From assembly GCF_026571515.1 (NCBI RefSeq), contig NW_026867184.1, positions 310,001-374,000 on the forward strand: a stretch of DNA of 64,000 nt, given 5' to 3'. The notes beneath the pieces were generated by a model, which was not told the DNA's origin, did no database searches, and was given only the letters and a program-made list of their open reading frames with translations. The translations under genes and the position numbers were made by a program. Positions 1 through 12,100 of this stretch are shown piece by piece (position 1 is the stretch's first letter; each line of letters opens with the position of its first letter). Source of the stretch: Ruditapes philippinarum (Eukaryota).

Positions 1-1392
1 ACTCGGCCCCAACTCGTCCCCTATATTCTATTAATATTTGTTTTTCATATATTTCATAAATTATTATAGACTGTTAAAATAATATATTATAAAATTACTG
101 AATTGGACATATTTTGACGCTTTTTGTATGCGAATATTTGGAGTTTTTTTTATTTAATAATAAGTATATATATGCATAATTCTGATTAAATTACATACAG
201 AAAAAAAAACACAAAGACGATCAATAGCAATAACATTTAATGTATAAAAACATGTTTCATATGCAATGATAAAATATACTCGTAATTTATACATTCAATA
301 TATTGACTTGTATTATACATACACCGTTCACATGCAGTCTATAATCCAACAATATGGAATTGTTGTGCTTGTGGTATTTTTAGTTTCAACTTTCGGCATT
401 TTCTATATGGGTGGTTCCAATATTCCTACTTGAATAATGTTGAATCACCCTTAGGATATATGTTAGTATCTGTGATACGCAGGCTTCATAACCTCTGATC
501 CCCTTTCAATATTCCATTTTATTTAGTTCTGCCCATTGTTTTCTCGTTTAGGGCACACGCTTTTTATTACTTGGGGACCATACGCCGCTTTTCATGGAAT
601 GGCACGGAAGTGTCACATTGAAGGTTCCATGATAACCGCCGTATGAACACATCTGCTGATGTTTCTAAATTCAAAATTTTACTGTTTCACGTTTAAATGT
701 TGAAGAAAAGGCAAAACGAATATTGAGCTGATGTTGTGATGAATGTGTAGCCAGCTTCAAATCCCAGGTCGACATTCCAAGCAGAGACAAAACGAAGGAC
801 GAGTTGGATGTTGTGCTTTATAGTCAGCTTCACAACCCAGCTCGACATTTTAAAAAGAAACGAAACACGAATGTTTAATTGACACGGTCCTTCTATAATG
901 AGATCAATACGCACCGACATAAAGTTTTTAGCACTTCTAATTTCTTTTAATCTGTCGTCAGTCTTTAATCCATTAAGTGAGTCGGTAAAAATCAAAGAGT
1001 TAAACCTAATTTTAGTTTTAATTATCATTAAAACTCCGATGAATTAAACATTAACTGAATTTTTGCAAACTTACCTGGTTAGTTTGACATCAAAGCTATG
1101 CACGTGCGCTTAGATAAAGATCATTAAAATTTAACGTAAAAAAGACGTTATTTTATTAATATTTCGATATATCAATCAAATTCATTATTAATTTTACATA
1201 AAAGAAATATTTAAAGACATTGATTTACAACATAAAAGTGACGAATAGATCGAAAGTAGGGGACGAGTTGATCATATTAGGGACGAGTTGACTCTTTGAG
1301 GACGAGTTGACCAAAAATAGGGGACGAGTTGACCAAAAAGGTGACGAGTTGACCAGAGGACGAGTTGACCAGGGGACGAGTTGACCGGATTG
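1..1392. mobile_element. Non-autonomous DNA transposon with subterminal GGACGAGTTGACC repeats (left end runs off the window)
   Basis: About 7 copies of (G)GACGAGTTGA(CC) at 1258-1386 ending GACCGGATTG; the reverse-complement motif CAACTCGTCCCCTA is at 10-23. Superfamily not determined. Confidence 0.6.
568..700 (+). repeat. Dispersed repeat, second copy at ~58097-58235
   Basis: TACTTGGGGACCATA..TTTTCATGGAAT..GTGTCACATTGAAG.TTCCATGATAACCGCC..ACATCTGC.GATGTTTC is present at both loci. Confidence 0.75.
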
Positions 1393-1928
1393 CTAATTAT
1401 GCCTAGTTTCGTAAAGTGACTAATCCTTATCATCGCGAAATCACATGACACTGCATAAATTTTCGATGATTCACGCAAAATTTAACAAGCATGGTATCTT
1501 GTTAAATGTCACGACTATTATGCAGTGTTAATTTTATCACATATCTACACAACAGCCAGTTTTTCAAAGTATTTGTTCTTTTAAATAGAGTAAAACCTTA
1601 CCAGAATTGTTCATTTTTTGTTTTCAAACATTCATTCCAGTGCGCTTGATTTTTGATAGAAAAAATTGACATTCAAAAAAAATTATCGAACAACAACAGG
1701 TCCGATAGAGTTCCATCCCCTTGTACTTGTAAAGAGACATGTACGTAGACCTAAGATCTACGGTTCTTCCTCTTGATTAATAATGATTATGAAAATATTT
1801 GCAAGGACCGACCTGTGAATCCAGGCTTTCCTAAACAGAGATGTAGATAACAGAGATAAGCAGCTCCTATAGATATACTTCATTGAAATATCACTCATGC
1901 CTATCAAAAAGGGGAAAAATTAGGCATT

Positions 1929-2280
1929 TTGTAGCAAGTAAAACTTAATGGATGTACATATGATCCTTTTATTTTATATACCATTTGAAAGTTAAATCTT
2001 TTACCTATGGCTGCATGTTAAAATATTGGTAACATTCCTTGCCTTTCACTTAGAGAAGCATAGCAGAACATACCCACTGAGCCAGTTTAAAATTTTCTGC
2101 CATGTGAATAGTTTTGTATAAAAATTTGTTGAGTAGTTCGCTTTGAAAATTGGTGTATCATTTATTAAAATGGGAGCTGTAAATGTTTTTACCTGCAGCC
2201 ATAGACAAATGCATAAGCTTTCAGAAAATGTATTATTTTACTGATTTTGGTATCTGGTTAATAAGTTTTACTTGCTACAA
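1929..2280. mobile_element. Palindromic MITE-like element
   Basis: 19-bp inverted repeat TTGTAGCAAGTAAAACTTA (1929) / TAAGTTTTACTTGCTACAA (ends 2280), plus inner inverted pair CTATGGCTGCA / TGCAGCCATAG. Confidence 0.6.
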
Positions 2281-2349
2281 GGTTTAAGTTTAGCAAGCAC
2301 GCGTGATATCTTAACTGGGTAGGAAGTTGCCTATCTCTGTTATCTATGT

Positions 2350-3407
2350 CTCTGTCCTAAGCAACCGATCCCAATCTTTAGTCTTGGAAGGGGTAAATTC
2401 AGATACAGTATCTGTAGAATCCGGCGTCCCACAGGGCTCAGTCCTTTGCCCGAGTCTGTTCCTTTCCTACATTAATGACATCCCAGAGGGTCTCAATGCC
2501 TACCTTGCCATCACCAACAAGTCTGACTGTTCCACCCTACAAGCTGACCTCGACAAACTAGCTGTCTGTGAAGAGAAATGGAAAATGTCATTCCACCCAG
2601 ACAAATGCCAAGTCCTCACCATCTCCAAGAAAAGAAGCCCCATCTGCTACAACTACACTCTTCATGGTCATACTCTAGAGCAGCTAAATACCTCGGATGC
2701 ACCCTGAATAACAACCTAGACTGGGGCCAACATATAAATAACATCTGTAACAAAGCTAACCGTACCACAAGCTTCCTTTTAACATCGCCTCTACTTCCAC
2801 CAAAGAAACAGCCTACAAAGCTCTATTCCGCCCCACAGTTGAGTATGCAAGCACTGTCTGGGACACCCACGAGAAGGGAGACATACACCGTCTAGACATG
2901 GTCCAACGACGTGCTGCACGGTATTTTACTATGTTAAGGCAAGTATCACAACAGGTCCAGCGTCATAGACATGCTTGCAGACCTGGAATGGAAATCACTA
3001 CAAGAACGTCGTAAGAAGGCCAGACTGATCATGCTCAACAAAGTCATCAACAACAAGGTCTAGACAACTCACAACTCATACCCTCCAACTCCACATCTAC
3101 AAGAAGTACACATAACATATCCTTCAAGATCCCCTACTGCCGTACACAATATCGTCAACAATCCTTCTTCCCACGCACCATCGAAGACTGGAACAGCCTC
3201 CCTCCGGATGCTACGTCAGCCGGTACAGTTGAGTCATTTCGTAATCATCTGTCCCAACTCTATATCTAAACCACACTCTTGTCCGTTTTTTACCTGCACT
3301 GTATATATTCCTCACTATTTTTACTCTTTCTTTCCCTCTTGCGCATTAACCTGGCAAGTAAACTTAAGTTAGTTGAAGGTGGCCAGTATATTGGAAGAAG
3401 AAGAAGA
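2350..3407 (+). mobile_element. 5'-truncated, decayed CR1/L2-group LINE (RT C-terminal part and 3' UTR)
   Basis: SGVPQGSVLCPSLFLSYINDIP, WKMSFHPDKC, KYLG..L.WGQHINNIC motifs across frameshifts; the (Y/F)ADD segment is deleted; ends in a (GAA)n tail at ~3394-3407. Confidence 0.9.
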
Positions 3408-4575
3408 TACAGTTTTCATATAAAAACAAGCACAAAATATCCTAAACAGTTTTACAAGTTTATTTATCTAACAGGGACGGGAACATCGTGCTCTTGTAAG
3501 AATAATTGAAAGATATAGTCAATCAAAGAGTATTTTGAATAGATGTTTGTGCATATTTTGTATGCAATTTTTGCTTTTGTTTAAGTTTTCGTGAATGAGA
3601 AATTTATATACATTTTACTCATTTCATGTTAGAATGTCATTTATAAAGCTGTAAAATAGAGAAATAAGAATCCCCAAAGAAAGCCCAACATGGCAAAATT
3701 GAAAATGTTGCAGGCTCGGTTTGATTGAGTCTGTTCATGGACGGTACTGTAAAGTGCAAACTACCGTAACACATATGTTTTTATAGGTAAAATGTCTGAT
3801 GGTCGATGGTCTAAAAGACGATGATTTACTACTTCAAGGCGTACATTATATTTAAATAAAATTAAAGCTTTAACTTTTATCACTATGAGCATACACTTAT
3901 ATAAAATAGCCCCGTGCTGTAAGAGATTACTTATGATTGGCGAGTTTTGGCACGATTATTGCGCGTAATATGAAACTAACGCTGATGTCATTTAAATGCA
4001 ATACATATAGAAATAAAAGTCCATTTCGATCAGATACTGTATAACAGGAATAAAAAGAAAGAATATGCAAACCAGGTAAGTTAAAAGCGTATTGACAAAC
4101 TATTAAACATGGACATTTTAAATATCTATTATAGAGTAACATAAAAATGAAAACTGCACGTTAAATGGCGGCTTTTGATGCATTTTTGTGCAAATATAAC
4201 AATGCAAGTGTTTAGATTGTCTACATGTTTAAAAAACAACAAAAAAACACCTTAAAACATCCAAACTAGAGTTCTAAATTATATCTGGTGCATTTTAAAT
4301 TACACGTTTCTACATGTCCCTTTCAGGGCGTTTTTCCTTCTATAGCAGGGGACGTTATAGGGCTGCTTCTCCATTGAAAAATTCTTTAAAATAATGCAGT
4401 TTTCCCCAAAAATTTAATCTACATCTTTTTTTTCACCCCTTTTGCAAATATATCGTGTAATTTTCATCTATGTTTTATTGTAACCGACTATAAATAAAGA
4501 TTATCTTATCTTATAACAATTATATAATGGTTATTTTATAATGCATCCTTTCAGTCCATTTTGGTTTTTGAACAA

Positions 4576-4788
4576 TTTTGTTTATTTTGAACTAAATAAC
4601 TTAATTATATGGTTGAATGAATTTGACATTATAACTCTTTTTCATTGGTGGATTTTAGTTTATGGATTACGTAGGCAGTAAACAACTTTCTATTGGTCGC
4701 TTATATCATTGGTGGTAAACATTTTTGTCTTTTTCACCTCTATTCTGTATTTGTTTGACAAGTAGATCACATGTTGAGATTCTAATTT
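4576..4788 (+). repeat. Local duplication, ~215 bp, second copy at ~7210-7437
   Basis: Near-identical sequence ATTTTGTTTATTTTGAACTAAA...GGATTACGTAGGCAGTAAACAAC...GTTGAGATTCTAATTT at both sites. Confidence 0.85.
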
Positions 4789-4789
4789 A

Positions 4790-5330
4790 ATAATTATATC
4801 TGCAATCATCCCACGCCCTATAGATTTTGATACAACTGGTAATAGGGTTAAAAATTTAAACAATAAATTGGTATTATTATGCAAATCTAGAAATGTTACT
4901 TTCATTAGAACTTTCAAACCCTTTCTTATAGGTGTGGCATGCCCCGTCGTGAGTATTTTGCTATTAAAGACGGTGGTTTACATCTTAATCTAGAAGGTAC
5001 AAGGCGTTTGAAAGAATTTTTCATCAATACCATTGCACACTTAAAGTAATTAGTGTTGGCTGAGCGTTGCATGTTGACTACAAGTTTCAGTATTTGTAGT
5101 GCTAAATTGCTTGTAAATTGAAATATGTATTTTGTGATTATTGAAATCTTTAGAATATACATTCATAAGATCTTGTCATGTTCTTATGTCATTATGTCTT
5201 TGCTTGAGACACTTGGTTTCACAAAAAGGCCTGATCTTACAAGCTTGCAATGGCTAGTATTGAAGATTACTCTCTGCTAAGGAGGTTAAAGAATGCCTCT
5301 TAGTGGATTTGTTATAGTGTATACACTAAT
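4790..5330 (+). mobile_element. Retroelement relic: SGNH/GDSL esterase-like ORF end, followed by a possible APE endonuclease start
   Basis: Manual translation IIISAIIPRPIDFDTTGNRVKNLNNKLVLLCKSRNVTFI..(frameshift)..YFAIKDGGLHLNLEGTRRLKEFF*; DG(G)LHLN..G is the SGNH block V motif found in LINE ORF1 esterases; downstream LLET-like remnant is duplicated (5199-5331 / 5417-5529). Confidence 0.6.
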
Positions 5331-5620
5331 TCTAGGGATGTTTTATGGTCTTGAACTTAATGTTTATATATTAAAATATATGTATTAGTTTATATATATA
5401 TACTTAAATTTAGGCCTTTGCTTGAGACACCTGTTTCTCAAGAAAGACTCAGTCTTGCAAGCTGGCAATGACCTGTCTTGGAGATTATGCTGCTAAGGAG
5501 GTGGTAAGAAAGTCTCTTAGTAGATTTGTATGTATCTGAACTTATATTTGCTGATGTTTTGTTTATGTTTTGTTTTTGTTTGTGTTTTTACATGGCCATG
5601 GGTTTGGCTAGATTATAATT

Positions 5621-5855
5621 ATTGGCGTCCTCTTATGGAATGAAATCAGATTTTGTGAAAGGGCGACAGCAACTTCTCGAGCCTTTCAGTCGGACATAAT
5701 AAAAGCCGATCATTCCGATCGGTATGAGGGTGCTTGATTATTAATTAAAAATGAAATGTCGCGATATATACAATGAATAGCGAACTGGAGAATTTCGCAA
5801 TGCAAACATTTTCAAATGAAATAACCTTTTCCGTCAATAAATCGCGCTCTTCGGG
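5621..5855 (+). repeat. Dispersed MITE-like repeat, second copy at ~31453-31684
   Basis: Shared GCCGATCATTCCGAT.GGTATGAG..GAAATGTCGCGATAT.TACAATGAATAGCGAACTGGAGAATTTCGCAATGCAAACA..CGCTCTTCGG. Confidence 0.8.
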
Positions 5856-7006
5856 GTATTTTTATTTATCATTTTGTAGTACACAGTGGGTTATTATGGT
5901 ATGTTATTGTTGTACATGTATAGAATGATGAGTTGATGACCTAAATATTCCGAAAATCTATTTATAGAGGGATGTAGTCCTATCGGTAATTCCCGGTCTC
6001 TGACCGGGATTTACTAGTGACCGGCGAATCACGTTTATTGTCCGGTCTCTCCCGGTTTTGGAGTAGATGTTTGATATCGTTACAGAACAGAACAAATATT
6101 TTACAGATAAATAAGCTTTTTTCAAAATAAAAAAATAAATATGTACAATAATTGAGGAAAAAGGTACATTTTTATGGTATTAATATGACACTATCAACTT
6201 TGAAACATTTCATTTAATTTGTTATTCGTGTTTAGTAAAGATGCCGAGGAATTATTCAAAGTTACAAATTAGATTTTATGAATTATTCAATTGATTGATA
6301 ATTTAAAAAATGATAAAGAAAAATACAAATGTACATGTATATGGTTTAAGAATAAACAATATTATATATTGAAAGATTAACCATAATTTACTGACTTTTT
6401 CCAGTTAAGTTTTGACTTATAATCGTCGGTCAATATGACAATTGAATTCTTAAAATAGTAGTAAACGTAAAAACTCAGTATTAAAATAGCACATAAAACA
6501 CAAAAAAGAAAAGAAAACAATATTCATAAAATCTGTATTTTTTTTTATTAAAATAGATATTACGATTATTGTATAATAAACAATTATGATCAACATGGTA
6601 ATATAACCAGTGTCATATTGTTAGTAAGTGTGAACAGATACCTTTAGAGGGGGTCTTCGCAATAGCGATAACATAATAAGGGACAATTACACAAGTGTGG
6701 TTATGATCATATCGTTACACATATGGATTATAAATGATTGTATACATGTATATCCGTTGCTATTAATAACCACGATCATAAAGAAATAACAAGTAATATT
6801 CTAATCTCTAGCATGCCAATCAAAGTTAATAATGAACAAGGTCTTTCGTCCGTTCATTCATAAATGATATACAATTCTGGTAAAAACCAATTAACCATTA
6901 AAATGTTTATAAGAATATCTTGTCATCATATATCTACTAGTTCATCTTCACCTGCTGCATTTCTTGCTTGGACGCCCTTTGATGCTTTGCATCAATGCTT
7001 TTCTTG

Positions 7007-7743
7007 TTACTACTGTAATGATTATTGGGTTGTCACATATGGATAGACAAAGACATTTCGATTGTGTTTCTTGATGATACAAATTGTCTTATTTGTACTT
7101 GATAAAAGAATCATTTATAGGAATGTGAAACATGTGATCTCTGTTTACCTAATAATATTATATCAAGATCAAAATTTCTTTTGTGTTTTCTTTTAAATGA
7201 AAACTTATAATTTTGTTTATTTTGAACTAAAATAACTTAATTATAAGGTTGAATGAATTTGACCTTTAGAACTCTTTTTCATTGGTGGATTTTAGTTTAT
7301 GGATTACGTAGGCAGTAAACAACTTTCTATTGGTCGCTTATATCATTGGCGGTAAACATTTTTGTCTTTTTCACCTCTACAATTTTTGTTCTTTCTGTAT
7401 TTGTTTGAAAAGTAGATCACATGTTGAGATTCTAATTTACCCTCCTCACCAGCCCTAATTGTGTGTTATTTGTATATCTTATTGTACAATATTGTATTTT
7501 GTATAAGTCATGTTTTAATATTTGCTGGATTATGAATATTACTACTGTAATGATTATTGGGTTGTCATATGGATAGACATAGACATTATGATTGAGTTTC
7601 TTGATGTAACAAATTGTCTTATTTGTACTTGATAAAAGAATCATTTATATGAATGTGAAACATGTGATCTCTGTTTACCTAATAATATTATATCAAGACC
7701 AAAATTTCTCTTGTGTTTTCTTTTAAATGAAAACTTATAATTT
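7007..7743 (+). repeat. Direct duplication (7007-7213 and 7539-7743)
   Basis: TTACTACTGTAATGATTATTGGGTTGTCA...TTTTAAATGAAAACTTATAATTT occurs twice at high identity. Confidence 0.85.
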
Positions 7744-8051
7744 AATTTCTCTTACTCAAAATTAATGCATAGATGCATCAGGCACAGATCAATCGAAGAG
7801 GACCCCGACCCCACCCACAACAAACTGATCTGTTAATATATTTTTTATTTTCAATACAAAAAGAACATAAAGCTAGCTTAAGATAACCTCCTAAATCAAT
7901 ATCAATTGGATCTCGGATCCTTGCTAAGCTTTCTGTCATAAAACTTTGACAGTCAAACACTTCATGCCTTGAGGCAATTTGCCGACAAATGTGTAAGAGT
8001 ACTCGGGGTCATGCAGATGCTTTCAGTAGATTAATTTTGACTCATTAATGA

Positions 8052-8420
8052 TTTTTGTGTCGCCTGCTACATAGTAGGGGCAAACTTTAGATATCATTAC
8101 TCCGTCGTCCATCTGTCTGTCTGTCCGTTACAAAACTTACAGAGTATTCCTTAAAATGTTCTAGTGCAATTACATCCAAAATCTACCAGAATGAACTGTA
8201 TTAAGACTATGTTTGCATATCGTTGGCATTTTCCAATTAAATGATTTTGTCAAAGTGAAGGCTGTTTAAATAATGATTTTTGTTTTTAAAGTTTGACTTG
8301 AATGATCGACTACTTCTCTTATTCTATAAACGTAGATTAAATGAATTGTTGCAGGATGGATCAGTACCTCAAATGCTTTCCCATATTTATTTAATGGGAG
8401 TTATGGCCCTTGAATAAAAA
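8052..8420 (+). mobile_element. Degenerate Helentron/HINE-like element 5' part
   Basis: T-rich start, short stem (CCTGCTAC..GTAGGGG), (GTCT)n microsatellite and GGAGTTATGGCCCTT motif, as in the other HINE-like copies here. Confidence 0.45.
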
Positions 8421-9156
8421 AATATGTATTGTAATGTATCTTCCATTAATTAATGTTTTTAATTTGTATCGGCAACTACACAGTAGCTGCAACATGAAAC
8501 TAAGTAAAAACAGAAAGATAAAAAAAATATGAATCACTGACACCATGTTAACATGAGAGTTTACTGCTGTGAAAATTAATGAGTATAAATGCTCGTGAAA
8601 GAGATGGATGATGAACTGAAAATAAGCACAGCTTTGCAGGCAATGAGATCAAGAAAAAAGTTGAATGTAGTTCGATAAACAGTCCTTATTGAATAAGGGC
8701 TCCCCAACTACCACCACCCTCGTAATCGGTCAATTTATAATGTCAAAAGCGCAGTTTTCAACTTTTAGCCCTCGGATTTTTTTTATTATCTGCCTTTTAC
8801 GCGACATTGTTTGTAATCAGTTCAGCACATGTTCTACCACTGCATAACAATTATTGCAATCAAGTAACCATTCTCTCAACTCTTCTCATTGGTTAATATT
8901 AAGCCAATAAAAATTGTAATATTTTTAATTATATGACATCATAAAGTAGACCTTATAAAAAATAGTTCTTTAAAAACTTTATAATTTCATTCACATTTGT
9001 CAAAAATATATTTTAATTTATTTCTAAACATACAAATAAGCGTGTTCAATAGCAATATATCTACAAATTGAAGTGACAGATTGACTTTGTTTTTAGTTTC
9101 ATGTTACACTTTAATGCGGATGAATATTTCTACGTTCGTAGCATTTGCGTAAATCC

Positions 9157-9170
9157 AACATGGCGGAAGT
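9157..9170 (+). promoter_or_regulatory. YY1-like (AACATGGCG) and ETS-like (CGGAAGT) motifs overlapping the cyclin L start codon
   Basis: Sequence AACATGGCGGAAGT; motif match only. Confidence 0.3.
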
Positions 9171-12100
9171 TAAGCCAGCCACGATGGAGAGAGACTTCAG
9201 TAAGGTGATTTTAACCTTAGAAAATGTCCTGATTCCAGATGAAAAGTTATCCCCAACACCTTCGATGCAAGATGGTTTGGATCTTGAAACAGAAACTGAT
9301 CTCAGAATACTTGGATGTGAGCTTATCCAGACTTCCGGAATTCTGCTCAAGTTACCGCAGGTTTGCCTTTTGTTTACACCGAAAATATTTTCCCAGTAAA
9401 CTTAGCATACTGACATCAATTTAACATTTAAAACGTTCTAATCTTGACTTTCAAATTAGACTTAATATTTTGGTTTGTTTTTTCAGGTAGCAATGGCGAC
9501 TGGACAAGTGTTATTTCAGAGATTTTATTATTCGAAGTCATTTGTGAAACACAACATGGAGGTAGGTTGACCTTTGATTGTTGTTAAAATGAACAGATTC
9601 AATGTTTTATATTATGCTTTTCTAATTGTTTATCACAGTTTTTAAGAACACATTACTGATATTGTCATCATTTGTAACATTTCTCCCTTTTGAGAGAATG
9701 ACTGACTATTCTCAGAATCTCCCCCACTTTTCCCTTAATTTTGAAATATTCTGATATTTCTCCCCAAAATAGTCAAAAATAAAAGGAAATTTAAGGGGAG
9801 GAACTGATAAGGAGTGAATAGCCTGACTACCCTTTTGAGCAAAGCACTATAATAGATATTCAATCACTCGCACATTTAAATTTTAATCAGGGACAGAGTT
9901 TAATCAAGCGCAACTGAATTGGGCATAGCTAAATATAGTGAAATTAGGCTTGTAATAGTTAAATCTGTATACTGACCTCTCAAATATGTACAATTGAAAG
10001 ATATTTTAGAATAGTCAGGCCTCGACATTAGCGGTGGTCCCTTGGTCCGAGACCACCTGATTTTGGCAAGGACCACCTACTTTTAAAAGCCGCTGGTCCG
10101 TCGGACCACTTGAATTTTCTGGTTGGTGCAGACCCATTTGGGAGAATGTTGATTTGGTCAAAAACATGTTATAAACATTTTCTTTAAAATCATTTGTCCA
10201 ATGTACATGTATATGGTTCATTAATTATCTGATTAGTTAAAGAAGTTCTTAAGTCATCTATTACTTTCATTTTAAGTCGCTAAAATTTGGTTTATGCAAG
10301 TTAAAAGAGTTTAGACTTTGTGATATCAATTAAGGTACAACATTCATTCAAATGATGCTAATAATTATGCATCGTTGGATACCTAAGGTGGAACCAGTAA
10401 CATTTATGTTATATTACATGTTAATTAACCGTGGGCATCCGACGATGGTAATTATGATATTGTATGGGATATAAGATAAACTTAAAATTTCATATACTTA
10501 AATAATGGCAGCAAACAAAGGGAACTTGAAAAATACATCTAGTAATTCTTTGCTACTTATCTTTATTTTAACTGTTTAACGATAGAGATCCATTTCCTCT
10601 AGAGTTAAAATTACTTTAAAAGGTTAAAAATACTCATGTTAAAAATAAATATCAACCAACAAGCAACAGGGAGGTAAAAATTAGGTATTATACATCTGTG
10701 AGAAAAATAAGCTTAACTATAGATATATATAACATTAGTTTTATTTTTTTATCCTCTAGCTATTTCCTTGTTTTATTAAGATAATTTATTAGTTTTATTA
10801 AAAATGTTAATCTATAAAAGATACATGTAATTATCATAATTAAAGAACATAAATAAGAGCCCTGTTGTGTATTTTTGAATGACATATAAAAAACCAAATA
10901 ACTTTATGATAAAATACCTACTAACTTGCTTTCCTTTATTTCTGATTAGATAAAATATATATCTAAAATATCTGTTTTCTTAATGATACATCTTTGTCAT
11001 CAATTTTAAACATATTTTTTCTAATTTTGCAGTAAAATGACATAATAATAATTGACCACCTGACTCCTGGAAGGACCACCTTAATTTCAAATCTAGTGGT
11101 CTGGCTAACCACCTGCTAAAAAAGTTAGTGTCGAGGCCTGATAGTCCATTTTTTTGTTTTCAGGTTTTAGCAATGGCATGTGTAAACCTAGCATCAAAGA
11201 TAGAGGAATGTCCACGCAGAATTCGAGATGTTATTAACACATTCCATCATGTCAAACAAGTCCGCAATCAAAAGTGAGTATTTATCTTCGGTGCTATTTT
11301 CTAAACTTGATTTAGTTTGGACGAATAATTATATGGCAATTTAGCTACATTTAATGACAACATACAGATTTTTTGAGATTGTATCTTGTTCTGAGAATAA
11401 CAATTGTCTCTAAGTGTGTATTAAGACAAAATTGTTTTAATATTTAAATAAATGGGTGAAGATAATAATCCTTCTTGGTAAAGGTAAACAGTGTTAATCT
11501 AGATCTCTCATTCTCTGATTGATGTTAATCTCTTAATTGTTTCCATATATATCAAAGTTCTAATTTTAGTGCATGTTAATACCTTTGTTTATATATATAT
11601 AATTCTTTGAAGAGATTTCTACTGGAAAAAAGATTATTTGTTTCATAACTTAAGTACTAACATATTTCCAATGGTTAATGGTCTACTTTTTGTTTCAGAA
11701 ACATTCATGCATTGGTACTAGACCAAAACTACATCAATCTTAAAAATCAAGTGATCAAAGCTGAAAGGCGTGTGCTCAAAGAGTTAGGCTTCTGTGTGCA
11801 TGTGAAACATCCGCACAAGGTAACTGTTGTTTTAATTTTTCTGTTGTTGGATCAGTTGTTGTTGTGCACTGTATTTGTTCTATATTTTATTGTGATAACT
11901 TGGGTTTACAGGTACATGAGAATGCTGAAGTGAGAAGTGGTTTGAATGAGTATTATATTTCAGGATAGGATTTTAGAAAATGCTGAAAATTATAGAATTG
12001 GTTGAAAATAAAGTGACTTCACAGACAGATGTGTAAGACAGGACATATTGTTTTATTTAGAGAAGAAGCACTAGCAGAGAGGACCGTCATCAATAAAGTT

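Noticed and set aside
1258-1392. GGACGAGTTGACC repeats as CRISPR or iterons
   Set aside because: Spacers are only a few nt and an inverted copy lies at the window start; typical transposon subterminal repeats.
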